Positions 46,829 to 60,020 of a stretch of 64,000 nucleotides of DNA are shown piece by piece. Origin of the DNA: the human T2T-CHM13v2.0 reference genome, Homo sapiens. The first letter of the stretch is position 1. Every line of letters begins with the position of its first letter. The notes below the pieces were generated by a model, which worked only from the letters and a program-made list of their open reading frames with translations, was not told where the DNA came from and did not search any database. The translations under genes were made by a program, and so were the position numbers. The DNA is taken from NCBI RefSeq assembly GCF_009914755.1, contig NC_060928.1; one strand, written 5' to 3'.

Positions 46829-47134
46829 TTTTTTTATTATTATTATATTTTTTTGGAGACAGAGTCTCACTCTGTCACCCAGGCTGGAGTACAGTGGTGC
46901 AATCTTGGCTCACTGCAACCTCTGCCTGGGGGTTCAAGCGATTCTCCTGCCTCAGTCTCCCAAGTAGCTGGGACTACAGCCACGTGCCACCTCGACCAAC
47001 TAATTTTTGTATTTTTAGTAGAGACAGGGTTTCACCATATTCATCAGGCTAGTCTTGTACTCCTGAAGTTGTGATCTGCCCTCCTCGGCCTCTCAAAGTG
47101 CTGGGATTACAGGTGTGAGCCACCATGCCTGGCT
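46829..47134 (-). mobile_element. Alu SINE (AluS)
   Basis: Antisense dimer; TSD gg(t/a)atta(a/g)cacttttct. Confidence 0.92.
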
Positions 47135-47159
47135 GGAATTAGCACTTTTCTATACGTTG

Positions 47160-48180
47160 CTCTTTCTAGGTGCAGTAGTATAGTCTAGTATTTATAAACA
47201 TTCACAATATGGGCATGTATAACATCAACACCAAACATACATTAATCAGTGGAATTCACAACAATATTACATTTAATCAACCCCAAGGGAGACACACCAG
47301 GTTGTGATAGTTTCCCTTCCCCACTGTGCATCTTGCCTAAACCCACTTGTTGAGTTCAGGCACTCTTTTACTCCTGTTAGCAGGTAGGGTGGTGACCTGG
47401 ATATTTATATACAGCAGATGCCCAAATTTAGATTCTCTTTCTCCCCAGTATACCCCAGGGTATTCAGATGTGTGTCTGTGAGCATGGGTTCCCCTTAGGG
47501 ATTGGAATACTTTGGTGTTATGCCAAAATGTTTTATTCTTAAAATAGCTGAGGTTGGGGAGAGGAGAAATTAGGGATCACAAAACATGGAAAGTAGCAGT
47601 AGCTTCATGCCAGTATATACACATGATTAGGCATTTACTTTGGGGTTTGGGTAGCTATCTGCATAGCTCAACCAAACACAATTCTAATGTTTTCAGTCCG
47701 TCCAAAACTCAGTCTTCTTATTGCTGACAATATTTTTTTCCAGTTTTGGGGAATTATTGACTCAGCAGCAGCAGCTACATTGCCTTTTGGCTGAGACCAC
47801 AAGACTTACTGACCCATTGCCACAATAACATCCCTTCCTCCTCTTACATAGAGGAGAGTAAGCCACATTCAAACATCATTTGAACATATTTTTAAAAATC
47901 CTCTTGTTGCTCAGCCTACAAACAACTGGTAGTATAGTGGGGTTAACTAATTCTCTTTGGGTTAACTAATTCTCTTTGACATTTCAATTAGAGCCTTTAC
48001 TACCAGATCCTGGGGAGTCCTTTCATGTGCTCTAACCTGGCTCATCGGGACCTTCATCCATTCTCTTCCAGAAAGCCATGTCTCTGTCAGCATCCCCTTC
48101 TTATTAACAAAACTATCAAGAGCCATGAAGGGTTTGAAATTTTGTCCCACTTGCTAGCTAATAAATTCGCCCACTACAGT
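47160..48180 (-). mobile_element. Possible ERVL-class internal (gag/pro) fragment
   Basis: Minus-strand HLLYINIQVTTLP resembles a degenerate LLDTGAQVTxLP protease motif; weak. Confidence 0.3.
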
Positions 48181-50298
48181 TTCATAGATACTGATTGATG
48201 ATACAAGATCATAGAGAAGAACAAACCATGCAGAGGGAACAGCCAGTTCAGGAGTATATCAGATAATTTCAATTAATCATAAAAAGAGTGGTATGGCTGG
48301 GATGACATTAGCAAGGGGAGAGTAATAGCATATAAATCTGAAGTTGTTTAGTTAGGAGATATAATTTTTGTGTCATTGGCATATAAATGAAATTGAAAAA
48401 CATTAAAGTAGATCATGTCATCAAGGATGTATGATACTCACGCCCTGATCACTGGAGTACTCTGGCATTTAGAACTTGGGCAAATAGACTATGATGTAAA
48501 TGGCACCCACTACAATTGTGCAGATTATATCTGACACAACCATATCTGGTGACCTTCAGAATAACTATAAAAGAAGACAAGAGTAATTATAGGAGTAAAA
48601 ATAATATCAGAAAGGGATATGCTGTATCATTCAAGAGTCAAGCATAGAAAAGAATATTTAAAAGAGATTAATTTGACACAGCAAGTGGCTATTCAGGTGA
48701 TAAAATTTGTTAAACGGCCATCCAGGAGATGAGATTAGAATCAGAAAGATGCTAAACCAGCCCTAGCCTTGAATGAGAAAGGGAGAGGGCAACATTCTAG
48801 GTAGTTAGAGCTTGGGGTCAGCTGGTGGAATTTGGAATAATGGAGGTCCCATCTATTAGGTGGCTGTTGAGTTTGTAATGTGTCTCTTCATTAATTTTAA
48901 CTTGCATGCAAACATGGAGTGTTCCTGAGCTGAGGCAGATTATCATTATTCACAAACAAAGCAAACAATGACCACATGTTTCTTCACACCGTAAGTCTTA
49001 CCCCTAGAGCAGTGTAATGAATCCAAGCCAAATGTCTTCTTCATATAAACTGTGTATCATAGACAAGAAATGTAAAATAATGTGTTTTTTTCCATTTTTA
49101 TATAGGAGAGAGACAGCTTTCCTCATTCCCTTCTGAAATGAAAGGGGCAAGAAACAACTTTTCTCCCTTGAGACACTATGAAAAATATCCTGAATTCTTA
49201 CCTTAACCTTTTGGAATATAAATGTATTAATATCTTTCCAAGAGTCAGATAAACTCTGGGTGTCTCTGGCACTTATGACCTAGAGATTTCTCCAACCTCT
49301 GGGCTTTATACCATCTGAAATGTAAATACCTCGGGAGAAAATCCTTCAGTATTCTTGGCACCTTAGGGCTTAACCTACGGACCTCATCTGGGCCCCTTTG
49401 GCCCTCTGAAATCAGAGCAATTAGCTAGACTAATGGTTATAAATCTAATTCTCATGGTATAACAAGAGTAAAATGTTTCAGAGAGACATGAAAGCAAGTA
49501 TTACAAGTCTTTATATTCCATTCTTTTCTATGTCTCAGGAATTAAGACTTTCCATAGGAACACTGAAAAATCTAAGTACCTATTATTTCCTACCTACTTG
49601 GAGTCACATAAGTGTTAGAGTCAATGCCAAGTTTAACACCAGAAGGAAAGGGAGATAGGGAATAATATTCTGACTTCTCCTTTGCTCCAACTTCTGGTCT
49701 CAAACCAGGGTCTCCAGCTGGCTGAACTAAGCTGAAAGTCAGGTGCCCGGGAAAGACAACCTATAGAGATTTGGATTTTGTGTAACACAGAAGATAACAG
49801 GAAAAAAAAAAAAAAAAAAAAAAGAAAAAGAAAAACAAGGAAAGATAATTGGGGAAAATAAGCACAGGAGATTAGCACAAGTGTCATTGGAGCAGATAAA
49901 GTAAGTGTTTGAAGGAGGTAAATTGATTATGTCAGCTATTGCTGAAGGGTCAAGCGAGATGTGGACTGAGAGCTGTCATTGGAATAAACAACCCTAACAA
50001 GAACTACTTTACTGGAGTCATGATGGGGAAAATGTGGTTCAAGAAAGAATGGGAGAGATTAGTATCAGAGAATATATGCAATTTTCAAGAAACTTTGTCT
50101 TTTTTTATTTTTTTGAGTCAGATTCTCACTAGTGGTACAATTATGATACACTGTACCCTCAACCTTCTCAGACTACTGAGTAGCTGGGTTTACATTCACA
50201 TACTACCATGGCCCAGCTAGTTAGTAATATTTTTATTTTTATTTTTTTCAGAGACAGGGTCTCATTATGATGCCTAAGCTGTCTTCAGACTCCTGGCC

Positions 50299-50494
50299 AT
50301 GTGTCAAGAGTGAATAATATTAAAAATAATTAAAAAGTTGGTAATTCAGCAAATAGAAGACAGGTTTTGGAGCCATGTTCTCTAACAATATAAAAAGCTC
50401 CCTTGTTTAGGAGCACAGGAATTCATCCTGGCTAATAGGAGAGCAGTGGAGTGTGGGCACTTAGGCTGGTTCTTGGCTATGTCTTTGATCTCTC
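50299..50494 (+). repeat. Direct copy of about 50970-51163
   Basis: Shared cctggctaataggagag...gtggagtgtgggcact...gctatgtctttg; roughly 85% identity by eye. Confidence 0.93.
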
Positions 50495-50759
50495 AAGTAC
50501 ATCTTTAGTTGACCTGAGAAAAATCAACAATATAACAAATGAACATAAAACAAAATGAAAAACAGTAATTTAAGTAAATTTATTTCACTCAGTAAACCCG
50601 TGCTCCAGAGTAAACATGAGATAAAAAATTTGAATGTGTGGTGTCTTTCTACTATCCCTCTCAGAATATGAACATCTAAATGAAATGAACAAGATTTCAG
50701 TGCTTAAATGAATAAGGAGTGATTTCTTTTCCTTTTTTTCTTTTTTAGCAAGCCTTTTA
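50495..50759 (+). repeat. Direct copy of about 52631-52879
   Basis: Shared actcagtaaa...gagtaaacatgagat...acatctaaatg...ttttttagcaag; roughly 80% identity by eye. Confidence 0.93.
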
Positions 50760-51439
50760 CATCGTTTGCACCATCCTCTCTCCTCAGCCTCCCAAATCAT
50801 TGAGATTACAGATGTGAAGTACTGTGCCTGGCTCAAGAAACTTTGTCTTAAAGGGCATAGAAAGGAGGGAATGCTAGAGTGATAACTGATGGTAGAAATG
50901 ACAGCTGGGGTGAGTTGTAGTTGTTGTTTTTGTTGTTGTTTAACATTAAAGACATAAGAGAATGTTTGTATGTAGTGTGAAATATACTAAAAAGAATAAA
51001 AAAGTTGGTGATTCAGAAAAGAAAAGACAGTTTTTGGAACCATGTCCTCTAGTGGAATATAAAAAACTCCCTTATTTGGGAGCAAAGGATGTCCCTCCTG
51101 GCTAATAGGAGAGTGGTGGAGTGTGGGCACTGATGCTGGTTCTTAGCTATGTCTTTGTTCTCTTTACTCATCTTATCTTTTGTGTCTAGAATATATTTCC
51201 TCTCCCTCTACATATCTAAATCCATTGCACTTCTAGCCAGCTGAAATCTCACTTACAGCTAACAAGTCGATACAGTAATATCACCTCACTCCTGAATTTC
51301 ACCAGCTTGAATGACACACATCTAAGTAATGCCATTGAAAAGGGCACGGAAACAAAACATATCCTACACCTATGCTAGTGCGGTGTTTCTTCTTTTATTA
51401 ATGAGAGATACTCTACATTGATAAATCCACCACAGTGCT

Positions 51440-52160
51440 CATTATGACCCATGTTATGGTGAACACTTAAGAAGGACATGATTAAAGTTGAATAAAATGC
51501 TTGTATGTGTTCTCCTATAATTATGATTGCTGATAAGTATTAAGTGTCGGAGTTATATGAAGCAAAGGTATGAGGAAATGCCTAATGAGCTTCTTCTTGT
51601 AGGTAGCTGAGAATTAGGAAACTATCTATCAGGTCGGGAGTGCTGAGTTTCTTTGATCAGAAGAGGATGCATGTAACTCGAGGGAGATGTATTAGGTTTT
51701 ATAATAAATACCTAAGAGATACTTGGTAGAAGAGTTTGCAAAATTATAATTGCACAATTATGTATACTTGGGCATATCCTTTATGGGAGAAGTACAAAGA
51801 AAATTTGTAAAAGGACTGGATTCAAGAATGCGGACTTGGTTATGATATATGTGAAGATACCGATGAAACAAAGATGCTGCAAAATGTTTACTTTCTTGTG
51901 ACCACAGGACTGAGTTGAACCAAGAACCATTAAAATAGAAGGTGGGCTAAAATTTAATTGAATAGAGTGGTCCAAGTTGTCCTGGAGAGGGGTTCTTCAT
52001 GTTCATGATAAAAGTCCTATGTAATTGAAATAAACTATACTTAGGAACATAACACATGGAACACACAGTTCACCTTAGGAAAAGTCAGGGGAGAAATCTG
52101 GTAGAGAGCTTTGCATGAAACAAAATAAGGATCATGGGAGGACAAACTTGAGATATAAAT
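51440..52160 (+). pseudogene. Probable ancient Gypsy/Ty3-type pol relic (end of RNase H and integrase)
   Basis: Frame from 51708: IPKRYLVEEFAKL*LHNYVYLGISFMGEVQRKFVKGLDSRMRTW...EPLK*KVG*NLI...HLRKSQGRNLVESF; spacing resembles the HHCC zinc domain and start of the rve core. Confidence 0.5.
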
Positions 52161-53599
52161 AAAAGGAATCACACTGAGTCTATTTGTTGATCATTTCTTG
52201 GGTACTGAAGATATAATGCCTCTCCTACTCATGCCGCCTACTTTACGGTAAAGAAACTAAATGTTAATGATTCCACATTGCCTACCCATGTGTAGGTAAC
52301 ATAGCTTCTGGAAGGAACTCAGGCCTGAAAAAAATCAGAACTTCATTCTTTGAGATACTCTTTAAGATTGTGAAAACTATGCCGTAACTGCTCTTTTTGC
52401 TGCTATTTTCATCTCCTAACAGAATGCAAGAGGTTTGAGCTCTAAAGAAGTAGTAAAAGAATGAACAACTAATATTTTTGTGCCAATTATTGCTTTCCCA
52501 AGCTGTGTAGGTGTATTTCCTTCTCAATTAAGTGATAAGCTTCTTGAAGACAGTGATTAGGGCCTCATTCTTTATTTTTCTTAATGTCTGGGGTCAACAA
52601 TTTCCTGTCCTAAGTGCATTTGGCTTCAGCAAATACATCTTTATCTGAGAAATCAACCCAATAACAAAGAAAAATAAAACAAAATAATAAATAGTAACTT
52701 AAATAAATTGATTTTACTCAGTAAATTCATTCTCCGGAGTAAACATGAGATCAAAGATTTGAATTTGTGGTTTCTTCTTTCTGACCCTCTCAGTACAAAC
52801 ATCTAAATGGAATGAGCAAAATTCCAGTATTTAAATGAGTAAGGAGTATTTTTTTCTTCCTTTTTTAGCAAGTCTTTTATGCCTAATAGGAAAACAAAAA
52901 GAGTGAAAGAAAGAAAAGAAGGAAGGGAGGGAAAGAAAGAGAAAAAAGAAAAAAGAAGGAGCTCTTTCTTTCAGCACTGGGAAAAAATAATGCAGCATGG
53001 GCTTATGGTGAGAATTTTATTTCCAATATATTGCTTTTACAAGGATTTTTTCAGGAGTAAATGTGAACAATATGTTATGTTTGCATACTTACTTTAAAGC
53101 CAAACTTTCCAAAGGCAGTAACATGAGCATATACACTAGTGATTGAATATTTAGAAATCTTGATCCACAAATACTTGGTTGCTTCAGTTTTTCTTTAGAG
53201 GTCTCTGATATAATCCCTCCCATTTTGCATTATTTAGAAGCAAAAAATCTCATATTTCATTAAATTTATTAAGTCATTAACTCTAAGTAAAACACATCAT
53301 TAATTTAATAACACTTTTGGGGTAAAATGAGGAACACTACATTAAAAATTAAGACATATGTCTTTTTAATGAACTCACATACATCACTGATTTGAAAATT
53401 AATTTTAAGCATGTAAGTATAATTTTTAATTCATGAATTGAATGCTTAAAAATATAGGTCATAACAAAGAATACTAAATTGGGACAAACCTATGTTACTG
53501 TTCTTTGCCTAACTGGCAATTATTACTATTATTTTGATTCATAAATATTTACAAACCCAAGCTTTTAAAAAATATAAAATGTTACATCTACATAAAATG

Positions 53600-55120
53600 C
53601 CTTTGTTTTGCATGATGACATTTTAAAGGAAAATTTAAGTCATGCAGATATAGCGGATATAGTATGCATATAGATTCATGTATATGCTTTTAACTTAATA
53701 TATTTTTAAAATCTCCAAGTTGTGTACAGATCTAGTTTACTCTGTTTCATTGCTATTTATTTACACCACAACTTACATATGTATTTCCTAACTACACATT
53801 GAAAGACTATTTATGTCTTTTTCTGATTTTTGTTTTTGTAAGCAACATTTCCATAGCTGTGTTTTCTTGTGTAACATGACTGTAAGTGCTTTCATGAAGA
53901 GAGTCAGTGGCATCTTCCACTTTTGGTTTTAAGAAATTTTAATTGCCCACGAAACTGGATGCACCAATTTACCCATTCACCTGTTGTAAACGTGAATTCT
54001 CCACAAATCTTGCCAACTCATGCTATTACCATTACTGTTCTTCTTGCTGATAGGACATTTTCCTGAGTACAGGCAAAGATAATCAGATTGTCACACATTT
54101 ACTTATATGTTTAATCAGCATTTTGATTTTCCATTCTGTGGACTGCCTCTCTATACTCATGGACCATTTTTCTGCTAAGTATAAAAACTATTATTATACT
54201 TTGTTTATATAGATACTTGTAGCTAAATATATTTTCGGTTTTATATAGAACTTTGTTAGAAATGTTGCAAATATTTTCTTTTAGTCTGTCATTTGCATTT
54301 TAACTTTGTTACAGTGTATCTTGAAATAAAGAACATTTGAAGAAAATTTTAACTTTGATGCAATAAAACTCAACAGTTTTCTTGATGAATTCTCTTGCCT
54401 TAAACAGATTTTCCCACTACAAGTTTATATATATATATATATACGTATATATATATATATGTATATATATATGTATATATATATATGTATATATATATGT
54501 GTATATATATATATATACTCTTTAATATTTTCTGCAATAATTTTAAGCTTGTTTTAAATATGTGCTTTTGAGCCATCTAGAAATTTTTGCCTGTATGTTT
54601 TGAGATTAGAATTTTATTTTATTTTCACAGCACTGTTTATGGGCAAGTCTATCCTTGGTGTGCCCCTTTTTAAGCTGCCACATCTGCAAAAAGACAAATA
54701 CTCACATGTCCATGAACCTCCTTCTGGATTTTGATCTATATGTCTTTTGCTCTGCCAAATCACACTGTTTAAATTACTAGATATATCAATATGTCTTGAG
54801 ATTTGGTATGATAATTTCCCATCTTTATTTCTATTTTTTCCCTTCTAGAATTGCACATTAAAATTTTATACATGAATTTTATAATCAACATGTTGGCTTC
54901 CATGAATAATCACTTTGAAATTTTGATTGGGCTTACACTAAATTTATACATTAATTTAGAGAGATTTAAAGTATTTACAATATAATAAACATGATATACC
55001 TCTCCAAACTTGCAGCTCTTTTAAAAATCTTAGCAGTAAAGTCATACAGTTTTATTCAAAACAACCTTATATATTTTTGTTTTGTTTGACTGCTAGGCTT
55101 TTTATATTTTTATTTCACTT
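53600..55120 (-). mobile_element. Old L1ME-like fragment
   Basis: T-rich; gcaccaatttacccattcacc and gaaattttgattgggcttacactaaatttatacattaatttagagaga are antisense ORF2. Confidence 0.7.
54426..54517. repeat. (TA)n/(TATG) microsatellite
   Basis: Direct inspection. Confidence 0.95.
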
Positions 55121-55123
55121 TTC

Positions 55124-56005
55124 TATTCATTTATTCAGTTATTAAACAAATATTTGTTGACTGCCTAATATGTGTCAGACATTATCTTAGATATTAAAGC
55201 TATAACCCTAGGAAACAAAACAAAAGAATTCTTAACTCACAGAACTTAGTCTAATGGGAAGACACAGAAAATAAAGAAACAGTCAAGTCAATGCCTAACA
55301 TGTCATATGGTTTTAAGTGTTATAAAGAAAATTACAGCTGGGCAGGGTACATAGAGAATTTCCTGGTTGAAGTTCAGGGTTATGGTTTTCTATAGGGTGT
55401 TGAAAGAAGTCTAATGATATTTGATTTCTCACCTGAAGTGAGAAAGTAATCTATGCATGTATCTGAGGGACGACATTTCTAGAAAGAGGAAATGACAAAT
55501 GTAAAGCCTTTGAAAAAGGAAAATGCTTGACTCATTGGATGAATTACAATATTCTAGTATGCCAGAAGGAATGGGAGAGACATAAAAGATGAAGTTAAAC
55601 CAGAAGTCATCATCCAAATTACATAATAACTTAGAAATTTTAAAGATTTTTGGTTTTGTTTTGAATGAGATGAGATGGTAAAGGCCATTTAAGATAATTA
55701 CTCTGTTTAAAGAATAGCTTGCTGTTTTGTTAGAATAAAATAAAGGAGAGAAAGAGTCAAGAATAGAAACTAATAAAGAGGCTATGGAATAATATTGGTG
55801 ATTAATTACGCTATACTCAGTATATTAATCCAGTATAGTATACTGGATCCAAGTGATAGCAATGAAAATAATAAGTGCTTTGATTATGCATTTGTTAATT
55901 AAATATGGTGGAATATGAAAGGAGGAAATCAAGAATAGCTTCAAGTTTGTTGACCCCAACAATTGGACCATTGTTATTGCCTATACTCTAAAGGTGAAGA
56001 ACACC
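55124..56005 (-). mobile_element. L2a 3' portion
   Basis: attcatttattcag...aacaaatatttgttgactgccta antisense L2 terminus followed by L2 body. Confidence 0.8.
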
Positions 56006-56021
56006 TATCAAAAATTTTTGT

Positions 56022-56910
56022 GTCAATACTGAATTTTACAAAATTATGTTCTACAGCAGATTTCTATAATTTTAATTTGCCTTACCATCCATTTTGAATA
56101 CAGGTTTAACTTTCTAATACCAAGACTTAGTCACCCTTCACACAGTCTCCAGTTCTCTGCCTCCTCCCAGTTTCCCAATGTGCTTAATCCATATATCTGT
56201 CTGACATACAGCTATTTCCTTGTAACCGTTTCCTCCAGGACATGCAGATACAAACTATTTGACTTTTTCCGCTGACCCTGCATCCCACATGGTCTGTGAA
56301 GGTAAGCCACAGTAATCATGATCAGTCACAGCATGACCCAACATGACTTAAAATTTGCCTGCTTCAAACCCACCAGTTAGAATTCTCTGCAGGAAATCTG
56401 CTTGGATAATGCCCCAGCCCCCAATAAAGGCCCAGGTCCATAGGTCCATCGCTCTTTGGCTCCCCACCTGCTGGCTGAGTGCATTGCTCCTGCCATCTTC
56501 CTATTGGCCTTTGCTGGCACTCCTCTTCTCTTGTAGATCTGTGAGTAATAGACTGCTTCTGTTATTTTATGCATTTTTGTTGCGTTGATGCCTCTGTGTC
56601 TCACTGGACTGACACACTTGGATCTAACTTTATCCCTGGTCAAGCCTCTCCTATAGAGTGGTTATCCTGGCAGGAATAAACTGGACACAGGTCATACAGG
56701 AGCCACAAAAGTCTCTGCCAGTATAAACAAGTTTCCTGTGAGAGGGACACCTGGTCATGGGTCAACACTTAAGCATTAGGCAGTTGCCAGGGTAAAAAAG
56801 TATCCCACAAAAGGCACATTGACAAAATCTAGAGTCCAGCCTACGTAGGGCTTGAGTTTATAGCCACCCTCCTGTGAGAGATCTCAAGACCAAATTAGGA
56901 CAATGGAACA
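56022..56910 (+). mobile_element. MER54-family ERVL solo LTR
   Basis: ggaataaactggacacaggtca...gccagtataaacaagtttcctgtgagagggacacctggtca...ctcaagaccaaattag. Confidence 0.75.
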
Positions 56911-57742
56911 GAATCAGAGACATTTTAAGTTAAAAGAGGGATCGGGGTTGAAGTCAGACTGCTCGTCGTGCCTCAAATAAAAATGATTCACAATGTTGAC
57001 AGTTAGGTGAGTTGACCCATTTGAATGGCTAAGTTTGGTCACATACACAGAATGACAACAGTCTGTAATCACAATGTACCCCCCAGCCTAGTAGCTACAG
57101 AATGTCTTTTGACATTAATTACAAGTCACATTGTAATATTAGAATCTCCAAAATGTGAATTTAAAAAAGAAATTTTATGTTTAGACTTATGAACATGTGT
57201 TGGTCTTTTAGAGAGGCCAGGAAACATGACTATTAGACTCAAGTTAAATTAAATACACTTTTTAATAGTTTTGCCCCTATCAAAATTTAGTTATACTTCA
57301 GATTATTCAAAATTAAAATCGTCTGTCTCTTTTTACTTGTCAGTTCATTTTCCTCTTAGGAATTCAGCTAGTTAAGCACATCAAACCAGTAGTCTTTGTT
57401 CTTCAATCAGAATTAATCATTACACATGCTGCAGAGGCGGGTAAGTGGCCAATTGTAAAGCTATATATAGCCCTCACTTTCTTTCTCTCTGGTTCGTTTT
57501 GTTCTCTCTCTCATAACTTTTAATAAGTTCCTCCAGTTTTAGGATTTCTCTGTTTCTCTGCAGTTTTTTCTACAATGTTATTTGATCTACCTTTACACTT
57601 ACTGTGTTTCTAGGAGTACCTCTTTAGGCAGCTAGCATTATGTTTAGGTAATGAGAGAGATGGATAATGCCATAATTGGTTTTACAACACCTTGGGGAAT
57701 TAATAGATTTAATTTACCAAGTAAATTTTAAAAAATAATTTT

Positions 57743-57890
57743 CTTGATTATAATTTACAAACTATTTATTAGGTAAGGCTCATATGTGTGATTATTTTGT
57801 AAAAGAACACTTACATTACTTGATTGTAATTTACACAGTACTTATTAGGTAAGGCTCATGTGTGTGATTGTTTTCTAAAAAAAACACTTA
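57743..57890 (+). repeat. Tandem duplication, 2 x about 76 bp
   Basis: cttgatt(a/g)taatttaca...ttattaggtaaggctcat...acactta at 57743 and 57819. Confidence 0.92.
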
Positions 57891-58914
57891 AATTTAAATA
57901 GCAATATTTAAAATGGAAACTGAATTTGTTGGAGATTTCTTTAAAATTATTATAACATTAGTTATCACCTGAATTCTCAATAAATATATATATGAAATTC
58001 AAAACTTCACATAATTAAACAGAATTTATAAAATAGTATCAGATGAAGAATTTTGTAATTTATTCTGAGCTGTTTTACAATAGTCAAAAGATTCATTTGA
58101 AAACTAAATTGATAATATCAGTTGATCTTTCTCCATGAATTGATAGGGCATTATCTGTTTTTAATATGAATAAATTGTACAGAAGAGATTTAAATAAAAT
58201 TAGGTTTTTTGCCTGAAATTTTATAAATATAAATTTAATAAATATGAAACTTTTATTTTCTAGAGAGTTTTTCTTTTTCCTGACTTAAGTAAAATTCCTG
58301 TGTTATAAATCAAGAGGACAAGCAAATGTTTAATTTAAATTATATTGGATATAGAACATTTATAAGGTAATCGGGATGTGGGTTTTGGATGCTAGAAATC
58401 GCCCTCATTTACCTAGAACACAGTTTACACAAGACTGACATACAAGATAGAATTTGGGGATTATAATGATATTACTATATAGAACATACCTTAGAATCCT
58501 CAGTCTTCCAATTGGTTATTACTTATTATGGGGAGATTTTCTTAGGACATTCTCCCTTAAATTCTGGACTTCTTTCAAAAGAGGTCTTCTTAATCTTTTT
58601 CTCCTTGTTGGTCAGCCTCCAGCCCCTCATTTCTTGATCACTTCATGCATGGCAGTTTAGCACTCCTCCCTATTCCTCTTCCCAAACTGGACCTCAGATA
58701 GGTCTTTCAAAATCTAAATGCTTTTTAAAGTTCTTAACTTTAAAAGTCTATCTGTAGTAGATCTTTACAATCAGTAGGAAATTTCTTTGCCATTTACAGA
58801 CATTGCTAATTTTTTAATGTGATGAGCTTTGGAGGGATTTCTATATCTACCACCCAGATCAATCATAAGAGTTCAGGTTGGGGATGGAGTTTATTGTTAA
58901 AATAATCATTTGAA

Positions 58915-59040
58915 AATTCATTCAAGAAAATTTAACATGTGAACAATACATCAGGCATTGTGTTGGGCATTCAACTGTAAACAAAATCTATATGGCTCCT
59001 GCCCAAATGTAGCTTACAAGCAGGTATTAAAGAAAACAAC
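58915..59040 (-). mobile_element. L2 3' end fragment
   Basis: attcattcaagaaaattt...caggcattgtgttgggcatt. Confidence 0.55.
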
Positions 59041-59481
59041 ATACTAATTCTTCATGAGAAAGAGTCACTGCCCCTGAGTCCACTTGCAAGTAATTTTTAA
59101 ATGCACATTTTGAATAGAGAATTTAGTAAACTTGTTGATCTGCTATGAGATTTAGACTTAGAAGCAGGACAGTTTTTAGAGATCATCAATAAATGCTGGC
59201 TTTCTAACAAGGATGACTAAGAACTTACATTACGATTTGAGGAACAAGAAAAAGGGTTCACAGAGAATGGAACAGATTTAATGTTTATATGCCAGTGTTC
59301 TCTGTATATACAAATGTCCAGTTAGAAAATGGAAAGCTAAATATTCATCTAGATGTAAAATGTAGTGTTAGGAAGGGTTAAAAGGCAACTGCACATAGTT
59401 CTTATACACAGGGATTTAAGCTCAAGGCACAAGATCCCTCTTCAGCGACAAACGTTCCTGGCCTAAATGTTCATTCCTTAA

Positions 59482-59877
<396 letters not shown>

Positions 59878-60020
59878 TAATTGTTGCAGACTCTCTTTTC
59901 CTGTTTCACTTTCCCAAAACATTCAAATAAAAGATATTTTAAAAAGCATCATATAAAATGTTATGGTATCAAAAAAAAAAAAAAAAGAAAGAAAGAAAGA
60001 GAAAAAAGAAAAGAAAGGCA

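Larger units (their letters stand above)
50101..50833 (-). mobile_element. AluJ interrupted by an about 470-bp composite local templated insert
   Basis: Perfect TSD caagaaactttgtct at 50086-50100 and 50834-50848; Alu breaks at actcctggcc (50298) and resumes ccatcctctctcctcagcctcccaaa (50771). Confidence 0.9.
49890..51130 (-). mobile_element. L2 fragment, split by the AluJ
   Basis: tgctgaagggtcaagcgagatgtggactgaga and caagaaactttgtcttaaaggg are antisense L2 motifs. Confidence 0.6.
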
